From Amoebidium appalachense (taxonomy: Eukaryota > Protista > Ichthyosporea), in NCBI GenBank assembly GCA_963693365.1, contig CAVNZM010000005.1:6823888-6887887 (forward strand): a stretch of DNA of 64,000 bases. Direction: 5' to 3'. Positions 13,801 to 42,977 of this stretch are shown piece after piece. The number at the start of each line of letters is the position of its first letter. The first letter of the stretch is position 1. A program made the translations under genes and the position numbers. The notes beneath the pieces are model-generated. The model was not told the DNA's origin and did no database searches. It saw only the letters and a list, made by a program, of their open reading frames with translations.

Positions 13801-14444
13801 AGTATTAGCGGTACCTGTTTATTTTACTAAATATGGTCATCTTTGGCAAACGTATTCCTCCAGGTATGGGGAGACCACTGTGGGCGAGGTACACCAACCG
13901 GACCGTGTTCGCGAAAAACGACAGCCTAGCGCTTCCCCTTGAACTCGGTTGTCGGTGGAAATGTTAGTCTTATTACAAATTTAGGGGCCTTTAGCCCCTG
14001 TCTCTTTTCTTTTCTTGTTCCTCCCCCCTTTTGCGATATTTTTTCCATTTTGGTTCTGTCCTTCTTGTCCAAAGTTGCTGTGGGAATCATGAGTCACGTT
14101 TTAGTGATCTTAGTCATTGACCAAGTGCAATACAGATACCATGTCTGCGCATATCAACGGACTTGCAATTGGAAGGATTGAAGCCCAAAATCTATGCCAC
14201 TGCAAAGTGTGTTGTCATCATTTCCCACAGCCTGTGCTCCAAGTATATATATGTATTAGCTCCATCCATCTTCATCAGGGTTTGGATGCACATGTTTTCA
14301 TTTTAGTTGGTACCCATTCCCTAGATTTTCAAGAGATCATAATAATACGTCGGGGGTGAGGGTTATTGGCTTTGTCATTCTCCAACACTCTCCACTAGCC
14401 CCCTCCTCCACCCCCCCCCCCCCCCCCCCCCCAACTGCCAACCA

Positions 14445-14530
<86 letters not shown>

Positions 14531-14531
14531 G

Positions 14532-14628
<97 letters not shown>

Positions 14629-14829
14629 AGCGTCCCCTCGCCTTCCCCCCCCCCCCCCCCCCCCCTGCCCGCTCGCCCGCCCTCCCCACCTCTTGTGCTT
14701 GCTATGTGCAATGTCTTGTCCGTCAAGAATGTGTAACTCATACTCGGTGACTCTAACACCCTCCCCCCCCCCCCCCCCCCCCCCTCCCCCCCTTCCCCAC
14801 CCACAATCCCCCCCCCCCCCCCCCCCCCT

Positions 14830-14860
<31 letters not shown>

Positions 14861-15194
14861 CTGCTTTGTTACGGACCAGCACACAGGCACCCACATCTTT
14901 CACCGTACAGGATAAATTTCTGCCGAAGGCTTCCCCTCACCTCGCCTTTCCCTGGGACCCAAATTAACCCCCCTCCACTCCCCCCTCCCCCCCCCTCCCC
15001 CCCCCTCCCCCCCCCCCCCCCCCCCCCTGGGGACCCACCGTGGACCCGCGTGCCCTAACCACCACCACCTCAGGTGACAACGTGCACACGTCCACTGCAA
15101 CCTGTGTGTCATGTTGAGGAAGTCATATTGAGCGAGCAGGGGCATTGCCAGGGGGGGGAGGAACGGGGGCGGAAGGGGGAGGGGGGGGGGGGGG

Positions 15195-15500
15195 TGTCGA
15201 ACAGGATAGCCATCCGGTATGCCCTGCGTTAGCGTAGCACTAGTGATCGGGAATATTCGAGATATTCGGGATAAACTGGTGGATAGGTTCACGATAGATC
15301 AGGATAGATCTAGAGGAGTCTAGAAGATTCTGTTGGAGTGTTCTGATTGGTAGCGACTAGATCCATAGCGGCGGGTAGACCAATCGGGAATAGTATGTAA
15401 CATTCCAGTGAGCCAGACCACAAGTATATAAAGGTCCCGGTGGGCCAGTCAATGTAAGTCAGCAAATAATAAAGTCTCACAGAGAAACCTCTAAGTTACG
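15195..15500 (+). repeat. 5' LTR
   Basis: Starts TGTCGAAC; identical to the 3' LTR except the final base; contains TATATAAA and AATAAA. Confidence 0.95.
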
Positions 15501-15513
15501 GTTACGGACCCAG
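15500..15513 (+). promoter_or_regulatory. Primer-binding site, copia-type half-tRNAiMet variant
   Basis: GGTTACGGACCCAG abuts the 5' LTR; two mismatches to the classic GGTTATGGGCCCAG. Confidence 0.7.
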
Positions 15514-15547
15514 TACAACGCTACGATCAAGCGACTGTTGAGACAAG

Positions 15548-18217
15548 ATGGGAAGAGCAAAATGTCCAGTTCCCATGTATGAAGGAGAAGGCAAGGGCAA
15601 AATCTCCTACTCAATGTGGGCCATGCGCATGAAGTGCTTCCTCGAGGGCGAGGAATTATGGTACACGATTGAAGACGTGGCTCCTGAAGTGATAGGAGAG
15701 GACGGCGAACCGGTGGAGCAACCTCTGGTGGAGATCGACCCCTTGGACCAGAAGAAGGCGACTTCCTACCTGGTGGAGACACTAGGTGATGTACCTGCAA
15801 GCCTGTGTCGGCGAGCTATTGCCGTAGGAAATCCCAAGGACATATGGGATACGGTAGCATCATACGCTGCGCGCAACACAGATGAGCACAAGAGAATGTT
15901 GATTCAACAGTTCTGGCGTGCTGATATGATGCCGACGGAAAGCGTGCTGGAGTATGCGGCCCGTCTGGAGTGCATTGTGCAGGATCTTCTTCATATCGAC
16001 CCCAATGGAGTTAGTGAGGACATGGTTGCCGAGAAATTCCTGGACGGTGTAGGCGCTGACGACCGATTCCGCACCGACGTTAGGACCATTCAAGCTTTAC
16101 CAGCAGCTGAGAAGACAATGGAAAAGATAATCGCCAAGCTGCGTGGTTTTGAGGAGAACGAGGCTGCAAGGGAACAGCAGCGGGTGATGATGACCAGCAC
16201 CCAATGGCGCGGCGGTACGCCACGACAGGACACCGGCAAGCCGCGCGTGACTGACATATCCAAGGTGGAGTGTTACAAATGTCACAAGTTTGGGCACTAC
16301 AAGTCACAGTGTCCAAAGAAGAAGAAGGGTGGCAATCGCGGCGACAAGGCGAAGCAGAACGGAGCTTCCAAGGAGATACTCGCCATGGCGGTAAACAGCG
16401 GACTCCCTTCTTCAACTGAGTGGTATTGGGACTGCGGCGCAACCTCCCATGTCACATGCCGAAAGGACTGGATGGAAGACTTCCGGTCGATCACACCCAA
16501 ACCCGTCGCTCTGGGTAACACCCCGGGTGTGATGGCGCTAGGAATAGGCGTCGTAAGATTAACAAGTGAGTTCCAGGGCAACAGCATGACATTTAGACTG
16601 CAGAATGTGCTGTACGTGCCAGCATTTGGAACTAACGTGATGTCGGCTTCAAGCGCCGGCAAGCACGGGTTAAGAGGCATCACCGACGGTCGACAGTGTA
16701 CGATTGAGAGTGCCACAGATGGCCAAGTTGTGGCCCGTGGGGTAGTGGAGGGAGGCCTGTATCGTCTCCTAGTGAAACCCGTATGTGAGAGCGTGAACAT
16801 GGTGACCACTGCAGTCGGCAGCAGTGGGGGTAACACCGTGTGTGAGCCGGTAAAGGGCAGCGCCAGTTTATGGCACCGGCGGTTTGGTCATGTGGCAATA
16901 AACACGCTACAGAAGATGGTTAAAGAAAACATCGTCGAGGGTCTGTGCATCGACTGCAAAACCCAGGATGACGGTGTGTGCGAGGGATGCGCGAGAGGGA
17001 AGCAAGCCCGGCTCTCTTTCAGTAAGCTACCCCGCAAGACAGCGCCAGCGAAGCTCGACAGAGTTCATTCTGATGTGGCAGGACCGTTCAACAAGGAGTC
17101 GCTGCAAGGTTCCAAGTATTATGTCACCTTCATCGACGACAAGACAAGGTTCACTACGGTGTACTTCATGAAACATAAATCCCAAGTGCATACTTACTTC
17201 AAGAAGTACAAGGCACACGTAGAGAAGCAACACGGTGCCAGCATCAAGATTCTGCGTTCCGACAACGGGGGTGAGTACACCTCCACTGAGTTCAAGTCGT
17301 TCCTGGAAGCGTGCGGCATTGAACATGAGGCGACAGTCCCTTACACACCAGAGCAGAATGGTGTAGCAGAGAGGGCTAACAGGACCATTGTCGAGACGGC
17401 GCGCTGCATGCTGCAGTCAGCAGGCATGAGTATGGGGTTCTGGCAGGTGGCAGTACAGGCAGCTGTGTACATCAAGAACCTGACGCCAACCACAGTACTG
17501 GGTGGCATGACACCTTGGGAGGCATGGTATGGAGAGAAGCCCGATGTTAGCCATCAACGTGTATTTGGTAGCAAGGCATTTGTCCATGTGCCGAAGGACG
17601 AGCGCAGGAAGCTAGACGCCAAGAGTCGGGAGTGTAAATTCGTCGGCTACACAGGTGACAGCAAGACGTACTTGTTGTGGGACACCGAGGCGCGCAAGAC
17701 TATCGTCGGGCGAGATGTGGTGATCGATGAATCATGCACCTCAAAGGCCGGTATTCCGGTGGTGCAAGATGAGCCAATGGAATTGCTGATGCATAAGCCA
17801 ATCGGAAATCAGCAGAGCATGGAATCGAGGAATCCAATCAGCGTCAAGAAGCAACATTCCTTTCGGAAGCCTGCAATCGGCACTGACAGTGGATATGATT
17901 CAGATGCTATCGGCGACGGCGCGGGCGAGGACAGCGGCGATTCGGACGCGGCAGGGTCAGGAGACGAGGAAGATAGTGCAGAGTTGCAGGTTGCAACCAG
18001 AAGTGCCTATCCGTCTATGACTACAAGGCGCGGTGGGACCTACGGCATCAACGCAGGTGTAGTAGAGTACCGCGACAGTATCAGCATGGCAATTGAGAGT
18101 GCTGATAGCAATGAGGATGACCCTGTGACACTGGAAGAAGCAATCTCCAGGCCAGCATCAAACACATCGACGTTCAGTACCACTACACCCGTGAGTGTGT
18201 GGAGAATGGGGATGTAG
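15548..18217 (+). CDS. Copia gag-pol polyprotein (gag, zinc knuckle, protease, integrase), truncated before RT
   Basis: CYKCHKFGHYKSQC knuckle; WYWDCGATSH protease; LWHRRFGH...CEGC; HSDVAGP, SDNGGEY and QNGVAERANRT integrase motifs; homology ends at DPVTLEEAISRP. Confidence 0.95.
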   Translation: MGRAKCPVPMYEGEGKGKISYSMWAMRMKCFLEGEELWYTIEDVAPEVIGEDGEPVEQPLVEIDPLDQKKATSYLVETLGDVPASLCRRAIAVGNPKDIWDTVASYAARNTDEHKRMLIQQFWRADMMPTESVLEYAARLECIVQDLLHIDPNGVSEDMVAEKFLDGVGADDRFRTDVRTIQALPAAEKTMEKIIAKLRGFEENEAAREQQRVMMTSTQWRGGTPRQDTGKPRVTDISKVECYKCHKFGHYKSQCPKKKKGGNRGDKAKQNGASKEILAMAVNSGLPSSTEWYWDCGATSHVTCRKDWMEDFRSITPKPVALGNTPGVMALGIGVVRLTSEFQGNSMTFRLQNVLYVPAFGTNVMSASSAGKHGLRGITDGRQCTIESATDGQVVARGVVEGGLYRLLVKPVCESVNMVTTAVGSSGGNTVCEPVKGSASLWHRRFGHVAINTLQKMVKENIVEGLCIDCKTQDDGVCEGCARGKQARLSFSKLPRKTAPAKLDRVHSDVAGPFNKESLQGSKYYVTFIDDKTRFTTVYFMKHKSQVHTYFKKYKAHVEKQHGASIKILRSDNGGEYTSTEFKSFLEACGIEHEATVPYTPEQNGVAERANRTIVETARCMLQSAGMSMGFWQVAVQAAVYIKNLTPTTVLGGMTPWEAWYGEKPDVSHQRVFGSKAFVHVPKDERRKLDAKSRECKFVGYTGDSKTYLLWDTEARKTIVGRDVVIDESCTSKAGIPVVQDEPMELLMHKPIGNQQSMESRNPISVKKQHSFRKPAIGTDSGYDSDAIGDGAGEDSGDSDAAGSGDEEDSAELQVATRSAYPSMTTRRGGTYGINAGVVEYRDSISMAIESADSNEDDPVTLEEAISRPASNTSTFSTTTPVSVWRMGM

Positions 18218-18321
18218 AACTTGTGTATTGCAGCACGAACAGTAACGTGGCCGACATGTGCACCAAAGCTTTAGGGAGACTTAAGTTAGTGCAGCATCTG
18301 GCAGGCCATCGGCATGGCTGA
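18157..18321 (+). pseudogene. Out-of-frame C-terminal remnant of copia RNase H
   Basis: Alternate frame reads IKHIDVQYHYTRECVENGDVELVYCSTNSNVADMCTKAL, matching the copia KHID...ADxxTKAL terminus. Confidence 0.88.
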
Positions 18322-18458
18322 GTAAGAACTACAATTAGTGTAGTGTTAATGTTCGTGTAGTAGGTGTTATATGTGTTAGTATAGTAGCATAGTTTTAGAG
18401 TTGCATCTTAGGTTTAGGTTGCATGCGGTAGATAGATAGAACACAGTGCAAGTGGGGG

Positions 18459-18764
18459 TGTCGAACAGGATAGCCATCCGGTATGCCCTGCGTTAGCGTA
18501 GCACTAGTGATCGGGAATATTCGAGATATTCGGGATAAACTGGTGGATAGGTTCACGATAGATCAGGATAGATCTAGAGGAGTCTAGAAGATTCTGTTGG
18601 AGTGTTCTGATTGGTAGCGACTAGATCCATAGCGGCGGGTAGACCAATCGGGAATAGTATGTAACATTCCAGTGAGCCAGACCACAAGTATATAAAGGTC
18701 CCGGTGGGCCAGTCAATGTAAGTCAGCAAATAATAAAGTCTCACAGAGAAACCTCTAAGTTACA
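18459..18764 (+). repeat. 3' LTR
   Basis: TGTCGAAC...AAGTTACA followed by the GGGGG TSD. Confidence 0.95.
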
Positions 18765-19389
18765 GGGGGAAGAGGGGAGCGGAGGGGGTTTGGGGGGGGG
18801 GAAGGGGGGGGGAAGGAAGGAGTAAGGGGGGGGGGGAGGGGGGAGAGGGGGCGGGGGGGGGGGGGGGGGGGGGGGGGGGAGGGGGGGGGGAGTCATGAAA
18901 GGGCTCCATTCAGTACATTCCCGTCGATCTGGACCCGGGGGGTGGATGCATACAAATATATGGGAGGATACCACAGTTGAACTCAACATACTACTCAGAA
19001 AATAACCCCCCCCCCCCCCCCCCCCCCCCCCAATCCTCCCCCCCCCTAGCCCCCAATCGATCACCCCCCCCCCCCCCCCCCCCCCCCACACCACCAAAAA
19101 AAAAAAAAAAAAAAAAAAAACGGGAAGATTTGCATCTTATGGAGGTCGCAAGTACAATCATAGATATAGACACGTCCACGGGAAGGGCACCGCAGCACTA
19201 GAGCTTGGGGGGGAGGGAACATGTATATATGTCCGGGGCCACAATTGCTCTTGCCACTCCCACTCTTTACCCCCCCCCCCCCCCCCCCTCCCCCCCCCCC
19301 TCCCCCCTTCCCCACCCCTAACTCCACCACTACTACGGATACAGAGCATTCCAAAACAAAAAGGAAAGAGGTTGAGATTGTTGAGCCAT

Positions 19390-19950
19390 TTAATTTCCGG
19401 CAGCGGCCCGCGGTGCGCCAATCCGATCCAACCACGCACGATAAGAAGCCGCCACCTCCTGGGACGCAGTCACATGGCGGGGGAATCCGTCCGCCCGCTC
19501 GAAAAATGCCACCTGTTTCTGCAACCGCCCGCGAAGCATGTCCATAGCGGTTTTGCCGGCGTCCATAAATTTCTGTTGCCGAATGTTACAGAGCGCATCA
19601 GGCTGAAAAGCCGCCGAGTCCAGAATTTCGAGGTGCAGAAGGTTGCGCAGCTGAGTGCACAGCTCAGCCTCGTAGTCCTCCTCAACATGAAGCTCAAGCA
19701 CACGGCCGCCGATGAAGGAATAATTGCGAATTTTGCTGGTGCGCACACGAATTGCCCGAAAATCTTGCTTGATCTGCGAGATGGGGCCGCGAGCAAGGGT
19801 GACGTAGACGGGTTTGAAAACGGGAGAGTGAGCACGGGCTTGGTCCTGACGTGGCATGGGGTTGACAGGACGGGGACGGCACCGTTCACGAAGGCGCTTG
19901 ACAGCGGCCACAAAGCTGTTAACAGCCTCAGGCTTGCCCTTGACCGAGAA
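19390..19950 (-). pseudogene. 5'-truncated ORF1-like fragment of a non-LTR retrotransposon
   Basis: FKPVYV...FIGGRVLELHVEEDY parallels YERVYF...LIGYDVLEVAVRGDY in the ORF1 at 45253; no ATG; truncated at the shared 3' module. Confidence 0.6.
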
Positions 19951-20054
19951 AATCAGTTAGTTGGGTTCCCCGTTTTTTTTTCTTTTTTTTTTTTTTTTTT
20001 TTTTCGGGCTCCCCTGGGACACTCGGTATCAGCTGGTTGTGTGTGTGTGTGTGT

Positions 20055-20126
<72 letters not shown>

Positions 20127-20700
20127 TAGAATTTTGTAATGATGTGTTTCTCAAGCCAATCAATACATCTAATAAACAGGTCGTAGTTTCGCGTGCTTAG
20201 TATAAAATTAAGGATTAATGTTGTAATTTATAGGTAGGCTATCGTTCTGGGTGTCTGTTGTGAATGTGACGTGTGTGTGTTGCGGTTTTATGTGGTCTAT
20301 CAATTAAAAACTACATTTGGCGATACATGACCGTTTACACTGGTGTGTGTGTGTGTTGTTTGGGCATGCAAACGATGCCTCCTTATACTTATTAGATTTC
20401 CACTGTATAGCACGTGTACAGTAAAAGCGTGGTATGTGATCAATAATACCATCAGCTAGAGAAAGACCAATTCTACAGGAAGGTAATATGTATTTAGGTG
20501 TTACACATTTGCGAGTGCCATATTTGGCAATATGGTTAAGGCGGTCATTATATATAAAACGAGACACAAGGCTTAGTTTTTCAAGGTGTATGCTTTCATC
20601 GGGTCTGGTGTCGTGTGGTATCTTTTTCCATTTGTTATATTGCGTAATTATCTTGTGATTGTGTACATGTCTAATAAGTAAGTGGCAGTCCAAAAGTCAC
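19946..20700 (-). mobile_element. 3' end of a decayed LINE: ORF2 C-terminus remnant, (CA)n, conserved module and A-tract
   Basis: YILPSCR...AIQW...CP...C..SC...C then ILNFIL...IDWLEK ending at TAG 20126; followed by (CA)n and the same module as 47757-47860. Confidence 0.55.
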
Positions 20701-21516
20701 ACGCACACTTTTGCGGGGTTTATTTGTATTTGTGCCCGGGGGAAAAGGAGAGAGAGAGGAAGGAAAGAGGGGAGAGGTGAGGAGGGGACAGGTCGGATAC
20801 AGAAGAGAGGGTGGGAGGGCAAATACTTCTTTAAGCGGCTTATGTGCTTATTGAATTTCAAAGCGAGATGGGATACTCTAGCAGCTATTGGGACCAGACC
20901 ATATATCGAGAGCGTTACAGGCCCAGGTTTACAACAGTTGTTAGATAGAAAGGAGGCAACTTCTGCTTCAAGGAAATTTGCCAAGGATTTAAGCGCTCTA
21001 GTTCTCTCTTTCTTGATCCAAGCGGCGAGAAGGGGTAAACCATATTCATGCCCATGCAAAAGTCACGCTCGCACAATATATGCACGCAAGGGAATCGAGG
21101 TAGGGTTGGCTTTAATGTGGAGTGGGCTCCCGATTTGCTATCTGTGCGAAGATGGTGTACTATGGTAAGTGGGGGGGGGGCGGGGGGGGGTTCTCTCTTT
21201 TTTTGGGGGGGGGGTGGGGGGTGGGGGGTGGGGGGGTGGGGGGGGGGGGGGGGGGGATTCATTGTAATGCATTTGTGATATAAGGGATTGATGAAGTGGA
21301 CGTGATGTTGGAACCCCGGGTAGTTTATGTGCTGCACTAAGTGTGTATCTTTTTTTTTTTTTTTTTTTTTTTTTGGGGGGGGGGGGGGGGTTTGATGAAG
21401 GGGATGTAATTTTGGGACCCCGTTTTCCTTCAAACTAAGTTTGTGTCTGTTTTGTGTGTGTGTGCGTCCGTGCGTGCCTTGTGCGCGCGTGTGCATGCTG
21501 CGTGCATGCATGTGTA

Positions 21517-21616
<100 letters not shown>

Positions 21617-21620
21617 GCGG

Positions 21621-21672
<52 letters not shown>

Positions 21673-21689
21673 ACGGTGACTGTGTTGTG

Positions 21690-21754
<65 letters not shown>

Positions 21755-21761
21755 CTTTCTT

Positions 21762-22015
21762 GTACACGCTGTAGAGAAACCATGCCCACGCGGTACTTTC
21801 AGAGCTGGAACCCCGGCCTTACTACTTTGTACGTGGCACGTGGTGGAGAAACAATGCCGACGGTACTATGTACATGTGGTGGAGAAACAATGCCCACACA
21901 GTGCTATCAGAGATGGAACCCCACTCTGCAATTATGGCCTCAGCAATATCAACAAATTTTATGTACACGTGGTGGAGAAACAATGCCCACACGGTACTAC
22001 CAGAGTTGTAACACC
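21762..22015. repeat. Irregularly spaced imperfect repeat, 4 copies
   Basis: Core GTGGTGGAGAAACAATGCC(CACA)CGGTACT at ~21768, 21840, 21876 and 21969. Confidence 0.8.
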
Positions 22016-22294
22016 GACTCTGCAATTTTTTTGGGTCATGTGTCTAAAAGCATATGGCCACCCATCTGCAAAGAAGTTCTTTCTGATTGGGTGGGACGCG
22101 TGTTTATTTAACCCCCCCCCCCCCCCCCCCCCCCCTTCCCCCCCCCCCCTACTCCCCCCCCCCCCCCCACCCCACACCTCTCTTCCTGTCCCAAACGCCC
22201 AAAGACTTTCCCCGCACACGTACCTCCTAGTTTCTCGCAACAGGAACCGTGACACATACACACACACAAACACACACACACACACACAAACACG

Positions 22295-22342
<48 letters not shown>

Positions 22343-24052
22343 GCACACTGTAATACACACAGAAACACACACACGCACACACGTGTACACACATGAGCAC
22401 ATGCACACACACGACGTGGATCACAAACACACACACTCTTCAACATTCGTTTTCTCATAACAGTTTTGGATTGTACCTGCGCGAGGGGCATGAGCCACCG
22501 GCCCCATCCAGCAGACGGGAGCCCCGCATTCGCCTGCCAGTATCTTAGTGTTTTTGTGCCGGGCCCACTCGAGAGTTCTGCGCCGAGCAAGCCTGTGAGC
22601 CTCCGTGCACGCACTGAGGTGTGCGAGTATTTGTCTGCTGCTGCTGCTACTGTGCTAGTGACTGGATGCGTGTATCCAGTGCACACACGTAATTTTTGTC
22701 TTACCTTGGCAGACTTGTGGACTACTCTTCCTAAACTGCTTCGAAGGACCCCATAAACGCATTCAACAAATGTTACTGTTTTTTGCAATGTGAATGTGAT
22801 GAGAGTAGACCTCGAAAAAATGTCAATGTAAAAAGCCTAACTATTAGGAACCAAATTCCCATAAGTACACTTCCTAAATAAATGAGCAGTTTAGGATTAT
22901 AAAGAAACATAAATATATGTATAATAAATCTATATGTTGTATAAGCTATTTCCGATCCTAGGAAAAATTTCAAAAATACCAGTTCAAGAGAGTGTAAGGA
23001 GGCTTAAGCACCGTTGCTTTAACTTGCTTATTAATGCTTAACCGGAATCAGCCAATCAAATGCTACTTTGGAGAAGATCGACATTCGACACTGCTGGGCG
23101 GCATACCACAGCACAGCGCAAAACTAGCCGAAATTTAGTTTTAGCTTGGATAATCTGCCAACAAATCCGCGGATGGACAGGTTACTGTAGTAGTTAACTG
23201 ATCATGAAAAGGTCTGTAACCTACCAGAAAATTAGGGTTAATATTGCAATTTTGAACGCAGGAAAATCCATGTTTCCCCCCTTTATTTGTTTAATCTCAC
23301 ATGGCCATGACCGGATATTATGGATAATACACAATCCTTTGCTGATAAAGATAAAAAAGATGTAAACAGCAGATTGGCAGATTCACGATAGATATGCATT
23401 AGAACACTCCGACCGAGAGGAATGCGAGATCGATATCATGAGCAATTTTAGGTGGGGTTCGAACATATCACTTTTCTTTACTGATGTTATATTCAGCAGT
23501 ACAAACCAAACTGTTTTATAGCACAACATGAATAGCCACTAAAAATATAAGCTGTTTCTTACAACTCACAACCAACCCTAAATATCCTACTTTCAACCTC
23601 ATGCTTAGTTACATTGCAAATGAACCTCCTAACCTTCGGGACCTGTTCCAGACTCCAGATTTCTAGCCCTGTCGGCTCATAAGCTCCCTGGCAGTCTAGT
23701 TTTCGTTTTGTGGCCAAGTCCCTTTGTTTTTCTTCTATCGTCTGAAACTTTAGCAAACTTCCGAACTCTTGTTCAATTACTTGCATGCAGAATTAGGGAG
23801 CTTACAAGCTTCGTTCCTGGTTAACAAAACCTTCTCGTTGTTTGAATTTTCAGAGGCTCGTTCAACTCAAGGATTTTGTTGTGTTGTTATACAAAATCAC
23901 ATCCATCAAGGTTAGACAGGTGTACTTGCATGATTCGCAGATCACCGTTCTATCATATCTACACACTAATCTTGGGTGTTGTTACCCCAAAACTCAGGCT
24001 GTGTCTCACACGCGCACACTCTCCTTCCAAACATGTTTACGCCACAGGCACG

Positions 24053-40519
<16,467 letters not shown>

Positions 40520-40767
40520 TACTGATGGTACCCAGCGAGTGTGTGAAATTTTGCCATGCTGGAGTTGGGTTTTGTATTACTATGATTAGTTGGTTATAAC
40601 TAATATTAGTGTACAGTTTTCTTGAGTTAGTTTGCTTAGCCATTATGAGTGGACAAGCACTGATTTCTTATGTGAGATGTGTGAAAAGTAGATACACGTC
40701 CCTGTAACCAAACACAGAATACATGCACTTCGTGGCAAACATATTGGCTCTCACACGCACAAACACA

Positions 40768-40821
<54 letters not shown>

Positions 40822-40958
40822 CGTACACACACACTGACACCTGCCGGGCGAATACGCACAGACGCAAGGCACGGTAAGGCACACACTGTCGAACCACTAG
40901 ACACAGACCCACACACAAACACAGGCACCTGTACACACACACCACACACATGCGCACG

Positions 40959-41008
<50 letters not shown>

Positions 41009-41889
41009 GAGTGACACACGCACAACTATGTGATTCAATTAACGAGTTTGCCAAATCTGACTAAGTTAAAGATATAGAACACTGTTGAAATCATGAACAA
41101 GCCTATGCATCTCTAGTAAAATGTTGTGGTTCAGTGGGATTATATCTTTCAGTGTATGATCTTGATCTGACGACCAAAAATAATTCACAAATTAATACGT
41201 ACGTTTTAACTATTCAACACACACGGTGCAGCAGGTGCCCAGTTGTCAGCTGCAGTACCGTTTCCCTCATGCGCCCCCAAAGCCATCCCTGCCTTTTTTT
41301 TTTTCCTGCCCTTCGGTAATTATCGGAACGGCTTTGCTAACATGTACACCTCGCGGCTGAGCCTCTTCCATTTATATTGGCTGCTAGCCGGCTTTTGGTC
41401 TAAAGCTCTTCAGCATTAACTGTGCAATTGTTCACTCGCGTTCGACCCGCGAATTCGAAGTCCCCGGCAGCCAATCCCCCCCCCCCCCCCCCCCCCCCTC
41501 CCCCGGCCCCACAATAAAAAAATTTGCAAATGGTGGGCCTCTCGGTCCCCAAGCCCCATCCATTGTCGATGGCCTGTACGTATACCGTACAATACGTGGG
41601 CATGCAGAGTGGTCGACATGTACGTATACAGCACTTTGCCCCCCCCCCGCCTCTCCAAAAAAAAAAAAAGACCCATTATAGATCAAATTCTAGCTCCCTT
41701 TGCCTGAGCCCCAACGTTATCAACTTCACATTTAGTTGAGATTCCGATACCTCGCGAGATATATCCGTCTATTCTGACGCATATGAGGCTCAGCTTCAAA
41801 GCCGTCATGTACATGTCATTGATCGTGCTCACCACACATGCACATGTACACGGTCGTTTTGGACGTTTTGCAGTGGCATCTCACGCCCG

Positions 41890-42514
41890 GTGCAGGCCCA
41901 AGAAGGAGACGGCCCCACCCCCCTCCTATGCCAACATTGCCATTGGCACGTACGTCACGGCACATGCCCGGCTGCACCTCTACGGGGCCCTCCGGTCCCT
42001 GTCCCCCCAGCAGGTGGTGTACATGGACACCGACTCCATCGTGTACCACTACGACAGCAGGGTGCCCCACCTCCGCCACAACATCGACTCCACCAACGGC
42101 GACCTGCTGGGCAACTGGAAGAACGAGACCACCACCCCCATCGTCGAGTTCGTGGGGGTGGCCCCCAAGACGTATGCCTACCGCACCCAGGACGGCAAGA
42201 CCGACGTCAAGGTCAAGGGCATCACCCTCTCCCGCCGTGCAGCCGACACCGTCAACATGCCCAACCTCTGTAGGCTGGTGCACGGCGAGCTGCCGAGTGT
42301 GAGCGTCACCAACCACCGGCTGCTCCGTGAACCCGTGCCCGGGGTCCCCCACAACTACCACCTGGCCAGCAAGGACCAGCGCAAGACACAGTCGGGTGCC
42401 TTCGACAAGAGGGGGGTGTTTGAGGCGGCAGGCGGTAGTGTACGCAGCTACCCCATTGGGTGGGCTGCACCGGAGGGCACTGTGGCTGCAGTTTTGATTA
42501 GGGGAGAGGGTTAG
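41890..42514 (+). pseudogene. Protein-primed family B DNA polymerase, C-terminal fragment
   Basis: NIAIGTYVTAHARLHLY, VVYMDTDSIVY, GDLLGNWKNE, FVGVAPKTYAY and KVKGITL motifs; exonuclease and N-terminal polymerase regions absent. Confidence 0.9.
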
Positions 42515-42977
42515 TTAGAGCATGCGGACCATACGTAGTCTAAGCACCTGAAGTTACATTAGAGTAAATTTGAAAATTATATGAGGTGTCTGTTAACTTA
42601 GCTTTGAAAGATAGAAAAATGGGGTACCATGTGCACGGGCAGGGGGGTCAGAAGAAGAACTTAAAGAAAAAGAGTGTGTTTTTAGGTATACACCATGTGC
42701 ACCGTGTGCACGAGGGGCAACAGCCATTAAAATCAGGACTTAATGCAAACACAAACACAAACGTGTCTTTCAGCAGACCACCACATGCAGGCACAGGTAG
42801 AAACAACACCAACACCACCACCGTACATGCATACAAGGGTGGGAGGCTTGCCAGAAAGAGCAGGCACCAAAACATATAAAAGGCGCACACACATGTACAC
42901 AAACACTTCACTTTTTGCAACACCCGTAGACCACACACACACACACACACACACACACGTAAAAAATTAAAATTAAA

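Larger units (their letters stand above)
15195..18764 (+). mobile_element. Ty1/copia LTR retrotransposon, internally deleted (no RT)
   Basis: 306-bp LTRs (15195-15500, 18459-18764), TG...CA termini, GGGGG target-site duplication, PBS, PPT (GCAAGTGGGGG before the 3' LTR) and gag-PR-IN domain order. Confidence 0.96.

Noticed and set aside
14867-15078. Possible solo LTR (TGTTAC...GTGACA)
   Set aside because: No target-site duplication and no second copy in the window.
21762-22015. CRISPR-like repeat-spacer appearance
   Set aside because: Repeats are degenerate, spacers are uneven and partly homologous, there are no cas genes, and the context is eukaryotic.
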